From NCBI GenBank assembly GCA_003223165.1, contig QHXZ01000008.1, positions 1 through 49,168 of the forward strand: a DNA stretch of 49,168 nucleotides, given 5' to 3'. The position numbers and the translations under genes were made by a program. Positions 38,657 through 47,004 of the stretch are shown one piece after another. Position 1 is the first letter of the stretch. Each line of letters begins with the position of its first letter. The notes under the pieces were generated by a model. The model ran no database searches, was not told the origin of the DNA, and saw nothing but the letters and a program-made list of their open reading frames with translations. Source of the DNA: Acidobacteriota bacterium. Lineage in GTDB: Bacteria; Acidobacteriota; Polarisedimenticolia; Gp22-AA2.

Positions 38657-39775
38657 ATGCTCCGCGCCCCATCTCCCCTGCGCCTGCCGCGCCTCGCGCT
38701 GTCCGCGGCGGCCTTCGCGACCCTGCTGGCCTGCTCCGGCGGGCCGCCGCGAGCAGGGGCGGGCGCCGGCGGGCCCGCGGGCGGCGCGCGCGGCACGCGC
38801 AACGAGCCGGCCGACGTCCTGGTGAAGAACGCCGAAGGAGCCTACCGGGACGGCGACTACGAGAGCGCGCAGGCGCTTTACGAAGAGGCACTGGCCTCCT
38901 CGGCGGATGACCCGCGCATCGTGGCCAACCTCGCCAACTGCTACCTCAAGAACCGCCTGGTCAAGAAGGCCGACGACCTTCTGACCGGCCATCTCTCCCG
39001 CTTCCCCGAAGACGGCGCGGCGCGGCTGGTGCTGGCACGCGTCAACATCCGGCAAGGGGAGTTCGCGACCGCGGCCGAGGCCCTGCGCGCGGTCGTGAAG
39101 CGCCAGCCCGACAGCCTGGTCGCCCGTTACAACCTGGGCTTCGTCGCCTACCGCCTCGCCCTCTATCCGGAGGCGGAGGCAAATCTGGAGAGGACCATCG
39201 CCCTCAAGCCCGACCATCCCGAGGCCCACTACACCCTCGGGCTGACCCACCTGGCCCAGGCGCGCTACCCGGAAGCGATCGCCGAGCTGGAGCGCGCCGT
39301 GGCGATCAACCCGCGCCACGTCGGCGCGCACTTCAACCTGGCCAACGCCTACGCGCGCAGCGGGAAGATGAAGGAGGCCCGCTCCGAGCAGGCGGTCTAC
39401 GCGGAGCTGAGCGGTCGCATCAAGGCGACGACGGAACGCGAGGTCCAGATCGGCGCGGTGAGCGTCAAGGCGGTCCGCTACAAGCTCGACCGGAAGTACC
39501 CCGAGGCGCTGGCCGAGTACCAGTCCCTGGCCGCCCGCTACCCGGACTACGCGCCGCTCTACAACGAGATCGGCCGCCTGGAGCTGCGTCTCGGCCGGCG
39601 CGAGGAGGCGTTCGAGGCGCTCAAGAAGGCCGTCGCCCTCGATCCGAAGCAGAGCGAGCCCCACTACCTGCTCTCGGGGCTCTATCGCGAGCGTGGAGAG
39701 GCCCAGGCGGCCGAGCGCGAGATGTCGATCTTCGCCACGCTCGAGACCATCCCCGAAGGGAAGTCGGGCTACTGA
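38645..39775 (+). CDS. TPR-repeat lipoprotein
   Basis: The signal and lipobox are ...LALSAAAFATLLACSGG. Multiple 34-aa TPR units are present (e.g. AHYTLGLTHLAQARYPEAIAELERAVAINPRH). The start is 38645 or 38657. Confidence 0.8.
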   Translation: MTPPMLRAPSPLRLPRLALSAAAFATLLACSGGPPRAGAGAGGPAGGARGTRNEPADVLVKNAEGAYRDGDYESAQALYEEALASSADDPRIVANLANCYLKNRLVKKADDLLTGHLSRFPEDGAARLVLARVNIRQGEFATAAEALRAVVKRQPDSLVARYNLGFVAYRLALYPEAEANLERTIALKPDHPEAHYTLGLTHLAQARYPEAIAELERAVAINPRHVGAHFNLANAYARSGKMKEARSEQAVYAELSGRIKATTEREVQIGAVSVKAVRYKLDRKYPEALAEYQSLAARYPDYAPLYNEIGRLELRLGRREEAFEALKKAVALDPKQSEPHYLLSGLYRERGEAQAAEREMSIFATLETIPEGKSGY

Positions 39776-41520
39776 TGCGGCGCGCCGTGGGCCTGCGAGC
39801 CGTGGGCCTGGCGCTCGTCGCCGGAGCGGCTCTTTTCCGGGGATTGCCGGCCCGCGGCGATCCGCGGCGCGCCCCGGCCGTCGCCTACACCGACGTCACC
39901 GCGACCTCGGGGATCGACTTCGTGCACAGCCACGGCGGCACGGGGCGCAAGTACTACATCGAGACGGTCCCTCCGGGCGCCTGCTGGCTCGACTACGACG
40001 GCGACGGCTGGCAGGATCTCTACATCGTCCAGAGCGGACCGCTTCCCGGGACGCCGCGCGACGCCGGGAGCCCGCACGCGCGGCTGTTCCGCAACCGCGG
40101 AGACGGGACCTTCGCCGACGTCACCGAGCGGGCGGGGGTCGCGAACGCCGCCGGCTACGGCAACGGCTGCACCGTGGGCGACTACGACAACGACGGCGAC
40201 GAGGACCTGTACGTCACGAACTTCGGCGCCTCCGTCCTGTACCGCAACAACGGCGACGGCACCTTCACCGACGTGGCGGGGACGGCCGGGGTGCGCAACG
40301 GCCTGTACGCCACGAGCGCCGCCTGGGCCGACTACGACAATGACGGCCGCCTCGACCTGTTCGTCGCCAACTACGTCGATTTCACCATGGACGACGAGAA
40401 GTTCTGCGGCAACGTGAAGCAGAACCGCCGCTCCTACTGCCACCCGGACACTTACGGCGGCCTGCCGGACGCCCTGTTCCACAACGAGGGGAACGGCCGC
40501 TTCAAGGAGGTCGCCCGGGCGTCGGGGATCTACGACCCGAACGGCAAGGGGCTGGGGGTGGTCTGGCTCGACCTCGACGCCGACGGCGACGTCGACCTGT
40601 ACGTGGCCAACGACGCCACCCCGAACGATCTCTACCGCAACGAGGGGAACGGCCGCTTCACCGACATCACGCTGCTGTCGGGTGCCTGTTGCAGCGAGGA
40701 CGGCAAGCCGCAGTCCGGCATGGGGACCGACGCCGGCGACGCCGACGGCGACGGCTGGCCCGACCTCTTCGTCACCAACCTCACCAACGAGGTCAACGAG
40801 CTGTACCACAACCTGCGCGGGACCGGCACGTTCTCGATCGACACCTATCCCGCCGGGCTGGGGGAAATCAGCTTGTTGACTTCCGGCTGGGGGACCGACC
40901 TCTTCGACTACGACAACGACGGCGACCTCGACATCGTGGTGAGCAACGGGCACCCGATGGACGACATCCAGCTGTCCAGCGACAACGTCACCTACGCCCA
41001 GAGGCCGTTCCTGTTCCAGAACCAGGGTGGCGGGAAGTTCCGCGACGTGGGGCAGGAGACCGGGGCCTATTTCCGCGCCATGGAGGTGGGCCGAGGGCTC
41101 GCCACCGCCGACTACGACAACGACGGCGACCTCGACATCGCCTTCACCCCCAACAACCGCAGGGCCACCCTCCTGCGCAACGACGGCGGCAACAGCGCGG
41201 GACACTGGATCACCCTGCGTCTCGAGGGGGTGAAGTGCAACCGCGACGCCATCGGCGCCCGCGTGGTGGTGACCGCCGGCGGCCGGCGCCAGGTCGAGGA
41301 GGTGCGCAGCGCCAGCTCCTACCTGTCGCAGAACGACATGCGGCTGCATTTCGGGCTGGGCGCCGCCGCCAAGGTGGACGCCATCGAGATCCGCTGGCCG
41401 GAGAAACCGAAGCGCACCGAGACGGTCGGGCCGATCGCGGCCGATCAGTTCGTGACCATCCGCGAAGGAGGCGGCGTGGTGGCGCGCTCCGCAGCCGGGA
41501 ACCCCGCCCCCGGGCGGTGA
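39775..41520 (+). CDS. FG-GAP/VCBS repeat protein with a C-terminal ASPIC/UnbV domain (CRTAC1-like)
   Basis: DYDNDGxxDL motifs recur (at least 7). The C-terminus is ...NRDAIGARVVVTAGGRRQVEEVRSASSYLSQNDMRLHFGLG. The start overlaps the TPR gene stop (TGATG). Confidence 0.8.
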   Translation: MRRAVGLRAVGLALVAGAALFRGLPARGDPRRAPAVAYTDVTATSGIDFVHSHGGTGRKYYIETVPPGACWLDYDGDGWQDLYIVQSGPLPGTPRDAGSPHARLFRNRGDGTFADVTERAGVANAAGYGNGCTVGDYDNDGDEDLYVTNFGASVLYRNNGDGTFTDVAGTAGVRNGLYATSAAWADYDNDGRLDLFVANYVDFTMDDEKFCGNVKQNRRSYCHPDTYGGLPDALFHNEGNGRFKEVARASGIYDPNGKGLGVVWLDLDADGDVDLYVANDATPNDLYRNEGNGRFTDITLLSGACCSEDGKPQSGMGTDAGDADGDGWPDLFVTNLTNEVNELYHNLRGTGTFSIDTYPAGLGEISLLTSGWGTDLFDYDNDGDLDIVVSNGHPMDDIQLSSDNVTYAQRPFLFQNQGGGKFRDVGQETGAYFRAMEVGRGLATADYDNDGDLDIAFTPNNRRATLLRNDGGNSAGHWITLRLEGVKCNRDAIGARVVVTAGGRRQVEEVRSASSYLSQNDMRLHFGLGAAAKVDAIEIRWPEKPKRTETVGPIAADQFVTIREGGGVVARSAAGNPAPGR

Positions 41521-41537
41521 CCCGGCCGCCCGCGGGA

Positions 41538-42929
41538 TCAGCAACCCGCGCCGCCGGGCCCCAGGAGGGGCAGCGTGAGGCGCATCGCCTCGCCTCCGAG
41601 CGGGCTCGCGCCCGTCGCCACGTCGCCGCCATGGCGGCGCGCGATCGTGCGCACCACCGCCAGTCCGAGGCCGGTCCCCGGCACGCCGCGTTGCCGGTCG
41701 GCCGGACCGCGGACGAAGCGATCGAAGACGACGGGGCGCAGATCGGCCGGGATCCCGGGGCCGTCGTCCTCCACCGTCACCACCGCGAGGCCCTCGGCCT
41801 GCGCCACCCGGACCAGGATGCGCGCCCCCACACCGCCGAACTTGCGCGCGTTCTCGACCAGATTGGCCAGGGAGCGCGCCAGGAGCTCTTCGCTGCCGCG
41901 CACCAGGATCTCGTCCGGCGCCTCGACCTCGGCGGGCGGGCTCGCCGGACCGTCCGAGCGCGCCTGCCGCTGCGCCACGTCCCGCGCCAGGTCGCACAGG
42001 TTGACCGGCACCGACGGCAGCCCGGCGGACTCCGATCGCGCCAGCACCAGGAGCGCTTCCACGAGGCGGTCGAGCGACTCGAGGTCGGCGATGGCCGCCT
42101 CCGCCTCCAGCCGGGGCGCCGTGTCGAGGCCGCGCCGCAGCGCCTCGAGGCGGGCGCGCAGCGTGGTCAGGGAGGTCCGCAGCTCGTGGGAGGCCTCCTG
42201 CGTGAAGCGCTTCTCGCGCGCCAGCGCCTCGTCCAGGCGCGCCAGCAGGCGATCGAGGGCGCGCTCGAGCGCGGCCAGCTCGGTGGCCTGCGCCCCGACT
42301 CCGAGGGCCATGCCCGGGCGGGTCTCCAGCCGGAGGGCCGCCTGCTCGAGCAGCAGAAGCGGCCGCAGGCGCCGGCGGATCCAGACCCGCCCGGCGGCCG
42401 CGGCGCACAGGGCCGCCAGCGGCAGCACGGCGAACAGGCCGAGAGCCGCGCGCCGCACCTCCAGCCGCGCCAGCGCGTCCTCCGTGGCCACGACGACGCG
42501 CGACCGGCCGTCGCAGACGCGCAGGCAGGCGCGGTAGGCGATCCCGTCGAGGCGCCATCCGGAGGGGCGATCGGTGCGGCAGTTGCGGTTCCTGACCAGT
42601 CCCAGGTCCGAAGAGGAGAAGAAGGGGAGCACGCCGTGCCCGACGAGGACCGCTCCCGAGCGGTCCCACAGCTCGAAGCGGTACCCCGGTATGTGCATCT
42701 GGTCGAATGCGGCGCGGACCGCCCCGGGCTCGCCGCCAGGTTGCTCGCGGCGCTCGGCCTCGATCGTGTGACAGAGCGAGGTGGCGAGCGAGCGCAGGTC
42801 GGCGTCCTGGTCCTTGCGCAGCAGGATGGCGCTCGCCCCCATCGCGCCGATCGCCAGGAGCAGGCAGGCCAGCACGACGACCACGGTCTGCGCCCGCAGC
42901 AGCTGGCCGCGGAGGGTCGGCGGGCTCAT
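41538..42929 (-). CDS. Sensor histidine kinase (two TM helices, periplasmic loop, HisKA plus HATPase; PmrB/QseC-like architecture)
   Basis: The H-box is FTQEASHELRTSLTTL. The N- and G-boxes are ...LANLVENARKFG...EDDGPGIP...GTGLGLAVV. Overlaps the RR gene stop. Confidence 0.85.
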   Translation of the reverse strand: MSPPTLRGQLLRAQTVVVVLACLLLAIGAMGASAILLRKDQDADLRSLATSLCHTIEAERREQPGGEPGAVRAAFDQMHIPGYRFELWDRSGAVLVGHGVLPFFSSSDLGLVRNRNCRTDRPSGWRLDGIAYRACLRVCDGRSRVVVATEDALARLEVRRAALGLFAVLPLAALCAAAAGRVWIRRRLRPLLLLEQAALRLETRPGMALGVGAQATELAALERALDRLLARLDEALAREKRFTQEASHELRTSLTTLRARLEALRRGLDTAPRLEAEAAIADLESLDRLVEALLVLARSESAGLPSVPVNLCDLARDVAQRQARSDGPASPPAEVEAPDEILVRGSEELLARSLANLVENARKFGGVGARILVRVAQAEGLAVVTVEDDGPGIPADLRPVVFDRFVRGPADRQRGVPGTGLGLAVVRTIARRHGGDVATGASPLGGEAMRLTLPLLGPGGAGC

Positions 42930-43600
42930 GCGTCCTGGCCGATCGAATAGCCGAAGCCGCGGTGCGTTTCAATCGGCCCGTCGCCCCCCAGCGGGGACAG
43001 CTTGCGGCGCATCCGCCCGATCAGCACCTCGAGGCTCGACTCGGCGCTGTCGCTCTCCTCGCCCCATACCGCCTGCAGGATGTCGGCCCGGGAGACTGGG
43101 CGACCGCGGTGCCGCAGGAGGACTTCGAGGATGGCGAACTCGCGCGCGGTGAGCGGCGCCTCGCGCCCCCGCACCAGGACGCGGCGCTCCGCCAGGCGAA
43201 CCTCCACCTCTCCGAGCGACACCACCGGGGCCTCGATGCGCGGGCCCCGGCGCAGAAGGGCCCTGACGCGCGCCAGGAGCTCGGCGACGGCGAACGGCTT
43301 GCGCAGGTAGTCGTCGGCCCCCGCGTCGAGCCCCTCCACGCGGTCCTCGACCCCGCCCCGCGCCGTCAGGATCAGGACCGGCAGGCTCGAACCGCGCGCG
43401 CGCATCTCGCGGCAGAGATCGGTCCCGGCCCCGTCCGGAAGCATCCAGTCCAGGATGACGGCGGCGTAGCCGCCCGCCGCCAGCCGGCCGCGCGCCGCGG
43501 CGAGGTCGCCGACCCCGTCGCCGTCGTGCCCCGCCTCGCGCAGCACCCGCTCGACCATCTTCCGAGTCTCGGCGTGGTCCTCGACGATGAGAATCCTCAC
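42926..43600 (-). CDS. OmpR/PhoB-family response regulator
   Basis: GTG 43600 follows gggggagg. The sequence is VRILIVEDHAETRKM...AVILDWMLPDGAGTDLC...LILTARG...DDYLRKPF, with a winged-helix C-terminus ...LTAREFAILEVLL...GFGYSI. Confidence 0.88.
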   Translation of the reverse strand: MRILIVEDHAETRKMVERVLREAGHDGDGVGDLAAARGRLAAGGYAAVILDWMLPDGAGTDLCREMRARGSSLPVLILTARGGVEDRVEGLDAGADDYLRKPFAVAELLARVRALLRRGPRIEAPVVSLGEVEVRLAERRVLVRGREAPLTAREFAILEVLLRHRGRPVSRADILQAVWGEESDSAESSLEVLIGRMRRKLSPLGGDGPIETHRGFGYSIGQDA

Positions 43601-43677
43601 GGTCGCCTCCCCCGCGCTTCGGCCGCGACGCGCAGTGAGCGTCGCCGGCCGCAAGCACGGGCTCTTAATTCTACGAT

Positions 43678-43710
43678 GTTCAGGCACGGTTCAGCTTGGG
43701 ACACTATCCT
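43678..43710 (+). promoter_or_regulatory. Tandem direct repeat GTTCAG-N5-GTTCAG followed by a -10-like TATCCT (candidate RR-activated promoter)
   Basis: GTTCAG occurs at 43678-43683 and 43689-43694 (11-bp register). TATCCT is at 43705-43710. ATG 43718 lies only 7 nt downstream of the -10 element and has no SD. Confidence 0.4.
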
Positions 43711-43717
43711 CTACCCC

Positions 43718-45361
43718 ATGCGCATCGCGCCCCTGCACGCCCGGCCCACCCTGCTGCAGGCGGGCGCGCTTCTCCTCCTGGCCCTGCCGCTCTATCTCGC
43801 CTGGCTGGGCGCCGTCGGCCTCTCCGATCCGGACGAGCCGTACTACGCCGTGCCGGCCCTCGAGATGCTGAAGAGCGGCACCTGGAGCCTCACCATCTTC
43901 CGCGGGCAGCCCTGGTTCGACAAGCCGATCCTCTTCTACTGGGTCGTCCTGGGGGCCTACCGCCTCGTGGGCGTCTCGGAATTCGCGGCCCGGATCGGCT
44001 CCGCCCTGGCCGGTGCCGCGGGAGTGCTCGGGCTGTTCGCGATGGGCCGGCGGGTCGGCCTGCGCGGGCGGGCCGCGTTCGCCGCGGCGCTCATCCTGGC
44101 CACGAGCCTGGAGTACGTGCTGTTGGCGCGCTCCGCCGTGACCGACATGACCCTCGCCTGTGTCCTGACGTTCGGGATGCTGGCCGTGGCCGCCTATCTG
44201 GAGCGGGGAGGGACGCTGGCCGCCGGGTGGGCGGGGGCCGCCTTCGGGCTGGCGGCACTGACCAAGGGGCCGGTCGGCCTGCTGCTGCCCTGCGTGGCGC
44301 TCGCCGCCTATGGGCTCCTCGCCCGGCGCTCCGACCTCCTGCGGCCTTGGGCCCTGGCGGCCGGCGCCGCCGGGGCCGTGGCGTGCGCCGGGCCCTGGTA
44401 CCTCTACATGGCGCTCTCCCATCGCGACCTCCTGGTCGGGACCTTCCTGGGAGACGGGAACCTGGGGCGCTTCCTGGACCCCGAGCATCCCGCGTTCCCG
44501 TTCTACTACGCGGTGGTCCTGGCGGGCGGGCTCCTGCCCTGGTCGGGCGCGCTGCCCGCGACGCTTCTGGGCGCGGCCCGGCCGTCCGCCTGGGCGGCGG
44601 AGCGCGGCCCCGGGAGCCGCCCGGGCCCGCTCTTCGCGCTGTGCTGGTTCGGCGCCGTCCTGCTGGTCTTCTCGCTGTCGGCCAGCAAGCTGCCGTCCTA
44701 CGTCCTCCCCGCCCTGCCGCCCGCCGCGCTCCTGCTCGCCGGGTACTGGGACGCCGCCCTCGACCAGGCCGGTGGACGCGCGCGGAGCGGCGGTGTCAGG
44801 CTCTCGGCCGCGCTCGGCGTGGCGGCGGCGCTGGGAGCGGGCGCCGGCATGCTGCTCATGGCGCGCCGGGCCGGCTGGGACGCCGCCCTTCCCGGCCTCG
44901 CGGCCGCGGGCGCGGCGCTCCTCTTGGGGTCGGTCGCGGCGCTGGTGGCGGTCCGGCGGGGGCGGTTGGACGGCTTCCTGGCGGCGGGCGCCGCCGGATC
45001 CCTCGGGGCGGTCCTGGCTCTCGTCGCGCTGGTGACCCCGCGCCTCGAGCCGTTCCATTCCAACCGGCCGCTCATCCGCGCCCTGGAGGGGGCCGGGATC
45101 GAGGCGGGGCGCGTCGTCGGCGCCTACCATGTCTCGGACGTCAGCCTCGACTTCTATCTGGGGCGCAGCGTGCCGAACGTCACCGAGCTCGATGCATTGA
45201 AGCGCCTCGCAACGGCCGCGCCGGAGGGGATCTGGATCGTCCGCAACCGGGACCTGGCGGACCTCGAGCGGGATCCCGCTCTGGGCGCGGTGCCGATCGA
45301 GCGCGGCCCGCGACGCTCCGCGGTCCGCTTCGCCGCCGTGCGCGCGCGGGAGGCCCCGTGA
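43718..45361 (+). CDS. ArnT/PMT-like GT-C family glycosyltransferase (polyprenyl-phosphate-sugar dependent, multi-TM)
   Basis: The sequence is MRIAPLHARPTLLQAGALLLLALPLYLAWLGAVGLSDPDEPYYAVPALEMLKSG...FDKPILFYW, with more than 10 predicted TM helices. The DE..Y motif in the first loop is typical of ArnT/GT39/GT83-type enzymes. Confidence 0.75.
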   Translation: MRIAPLHARPTLLQAGALLLLALPLYLAWLGAVGLSDPDEPYYAVPALEMLKSGTWSLTIFRGQPWFDKPILFYWVVLGAYRLVGVSEFAARIGSALAGAAGVLGLFAMGRRVGLRGRAAFAAALILATSLEYVLLARSAVTDMTLACVLTFGMLAVAAYLERGGTLAAGWAGAAFGLAALTKGPVGLLLPCVALAAYGLLARRSDLLRPWALAAGAAGAVACAGPWYLYMALSHRDLLVGTFLGDGNLGRFLDPEHPAFPFYYAVVLAGGLLPWSGALPATLLGAARPSAWAAERGPGSRPGPLFALCWFGAVLLVFSLSASKLPSYVLPALPPAALLLAGYWDAALDQAGGRARSGGVRLSAALGVAAALGAGAGMLLMARRAGWDAALPGLAAAGAALLLGSVAALVAVRRGRLDGFLAAGAAGSLGAVLALVALVTPRLEPFHSNRPLIRALEGAGIEAGRVVGAYHVSDVSLDFYLGRSVPNVTELDALKRLATAAPEGIWIVRNRDLADLERDPALGAVPIERGPRRSAVRFAAVRAREAP

Positions 45362-47004
45362 GCCTGCTGCCGCGCGAAGGACCGGCCGGCACCTTCATCC
45401 TGCCGGTCTACAACGCCGCCGGGTTCCTCTCCGGCACGCTGCGCCAGGTGCACCGCTGGCTGGCCGCGCGGCCGGAGGCGTGGGAGCTGATCGTGGTGGA
45501 CGACGCCTCGACCGACGGCACGGCGGCGATCCTCGACGACTTCGTGGCGCGGCACGGCGCCGAGGCGGTGCGGCGCGTGCGCTTCAGCGCCAACCGCGGC
45601 AAGGGGTTCGCGACCCGCGTCGGGATGGGGCTGGCGCGGGGACGCTTCACGGTGTTCACCGATTGCGACCTGGCCTACCCCGTCGAGAACGCCGAGCGCA
45701 TCCTCGCCGCGCTCGAGGAGGGGGCCGGCGCGGCGATCGCCTGCCGCGTCCTGCCGCGCAGCACGTACCTCATCAGCCCGTCGTTCTTCTCCTACCTGTA
45801 CACGCGGCACCTGATGGGCCGCTTCTTCAACGTCCTGTGCCGCCTGCTGACCGTGCCGCGGCTCCTCGACACCCAGGCGGGGCTGAAGGGATTCCGCACC
45901 GAGGCGGTCCGCCCCCTCATCGGCAGGCTGGTGATGGACGGCTTCTCCTTCGACGTCGAGCTGCTGCGCGGCCTGCTCGATCGCGGCGTCCGCGTGGCCG
46001 AGGTGCCGGTCTCGTTCCGCTACGACAGCGAGCCTTCCACGGTCCGCTTCATCATCGACTCCGCCCGCATGATCCACGACCTGCTGCGCATCCGCTGGCG
46101 CTCGCTGCGCGGACGCTACGCGGCCGGCGAGGACGGAGCGGGGGAGCCCGCCGGCCTGGTCGTGCATGCCGACGACTTCGGGCTGGCGCCCGGCATCAAC
46201 CGCGCCATTGAGGAGAGCCTCGAGTCCGGGGCGGTCACCAGCGCCTCGATCCTGCTCGGAGGCCCGCACTGCGCCGCGGCGCTGGCCTGGGCCGCGGCGC
46301 ACCCCCGGTTCGACTTCGGCGTGCACCTGAACCTCACCCAGGGGCGCCCGGTGCTTCCGGCCGCGCGCGTGCCGAGCCTGGTGACGCCGGCGGGCGAGTT
46401 CCCGCCGCTCGGCCGGTTCCTGGCGCGCTTCTTCACCGGCCGCATCCGGCTCGAGGAGGTGCGCCACGAGTGGCGGGCGCAGCTCGAGGCGGTGCGCCGG
46501 GCGGGGGTCGCCGTCACCCATCTCGACAGCCACCAGCACGTCCATCTGCTGCCGCGGCTGTTCCAGGGGGCGATGGCGCCCCTGGCGCGGCAGGAGAGCC
46601 TGGCGGTGCGCGCCATGGACGGGCCGGTGCGCGGCGGCGGACCGTGGCCCGACCCCAAGGGGCTGGTGCTCGCCCTGGCGACGCGGCGCTCGCTGCGCGC
46701 CGAGGTGCGGCCTCCGGCGGCCGCGCACGGATTCGGCACCGCCTTCATGCGGCGGCCGACCCTGGAGCGCTTCCGCGCCCTGCTCTCGCGCACCCGGCGC
46801 GGGCGGACTTACGAGCTGGTGGTCCACCCGGGGCGCGTGGACGCGGAGCTGATCGCCTCTGGAGATGCCTACGTCGAGGGGCGCGAGAGGGAGGAACGCC
46901 TGATCGCTTCGGAGGAATTCCGGGCGGTCGTGCGGCACGCCGGCCTCGAGCTCCGGGATCTGGGGAGCGCCGAGGCCCCCTCCATCGCCCGGGCAGACTC
47001 CTAG
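45358..47004 (+). CDS. Fusion protein: GT2 polyprenyl-phosphate glycosyltransferase (ArnC/DPM1-like) plus a YdjC-family carbohydrate deacetylase domain
   Basis: GTG 45358 overlaps the upstream stop (GTGA). The GT2 part is ...FILPVYNAAGFL...LIVVDDASTDGT...FTDCDLAY...GFSFDVELL. The YdjC part, from about nt 46155, is LVVHADDFGLAPGINRAI...HLNLTQG...THLDSHQHVHLLP. Confidence 0.75.
   Translation: MSLLPREGPAGTFILPVYNAAGFLSGTLRQVHRWLAARPEAWELIVVDDASTDGTAAILDDFVARHGAEAVRRVRFSANRGKGFATRVGMGLARGRFTVFTDCDLAYPVENAERILAALEEGAGAAIACRVLPRSTYLISPSFFSYLYTRHLMGRFFNVLCRLLTVPRLLDTQAGLKGFRTEAVRPLIGRLVMDGFSFDVELLRGLLDRGVRVAEVPVSFRYDSEPSTVRFIIDSARMIHDLLRIRWRSLRGRYAAGEDGAGEPAGLVVHADDFGLAPGINRAIEESLESGAVTSASILLGGPHCAAALAWAAAHPRFDFGVHLNLTQGRPVLPAARVPSLVTPAGEFPPLGRFLARFFTGRIRLEEVRHEWRAQLEAVRRAGVAVTHLDSHQHVHLLPRLFQGAMAPLARQESLAVRAMDGPVRGGGPWPDPKGLVLALATRRSLRAEVRPPAAAHGFGTAFMRRPTLERFRALLSRTRRGRTYELVVHPGRVDAELIASGDAYVEGREREERLIASEEFRAVVRHAGLELRDLGSAEAPSIARADS

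Noticed and set aside
36959-39664. A 901-aa minus-strand ORF opposite the mltD and TPR genes.
   Set aside because: It has no motifs and a low-complexity composition. The opposite strand encodes SLT, LysM and TPR domains.
39769-42972. A 1067-aa minus-strand ORF spanning the FG-GAP/ASPIC gene and the histidine kinase region.
   Set aside because: It is antisense or out of frame relative to clearly recognisable genes and has the same low-complexity R/G/P/A composition. It is a GC-rich frame artefact.
42707-43717. The N-terminal 337 codons of the 884-aa ORF that contains the ArnT-like gene.
   Set aside because: This stretch is antisense to the HK and RR genes and crosses the intergenic promoter region. 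The membrane protein clearly begins at ATG 43718.
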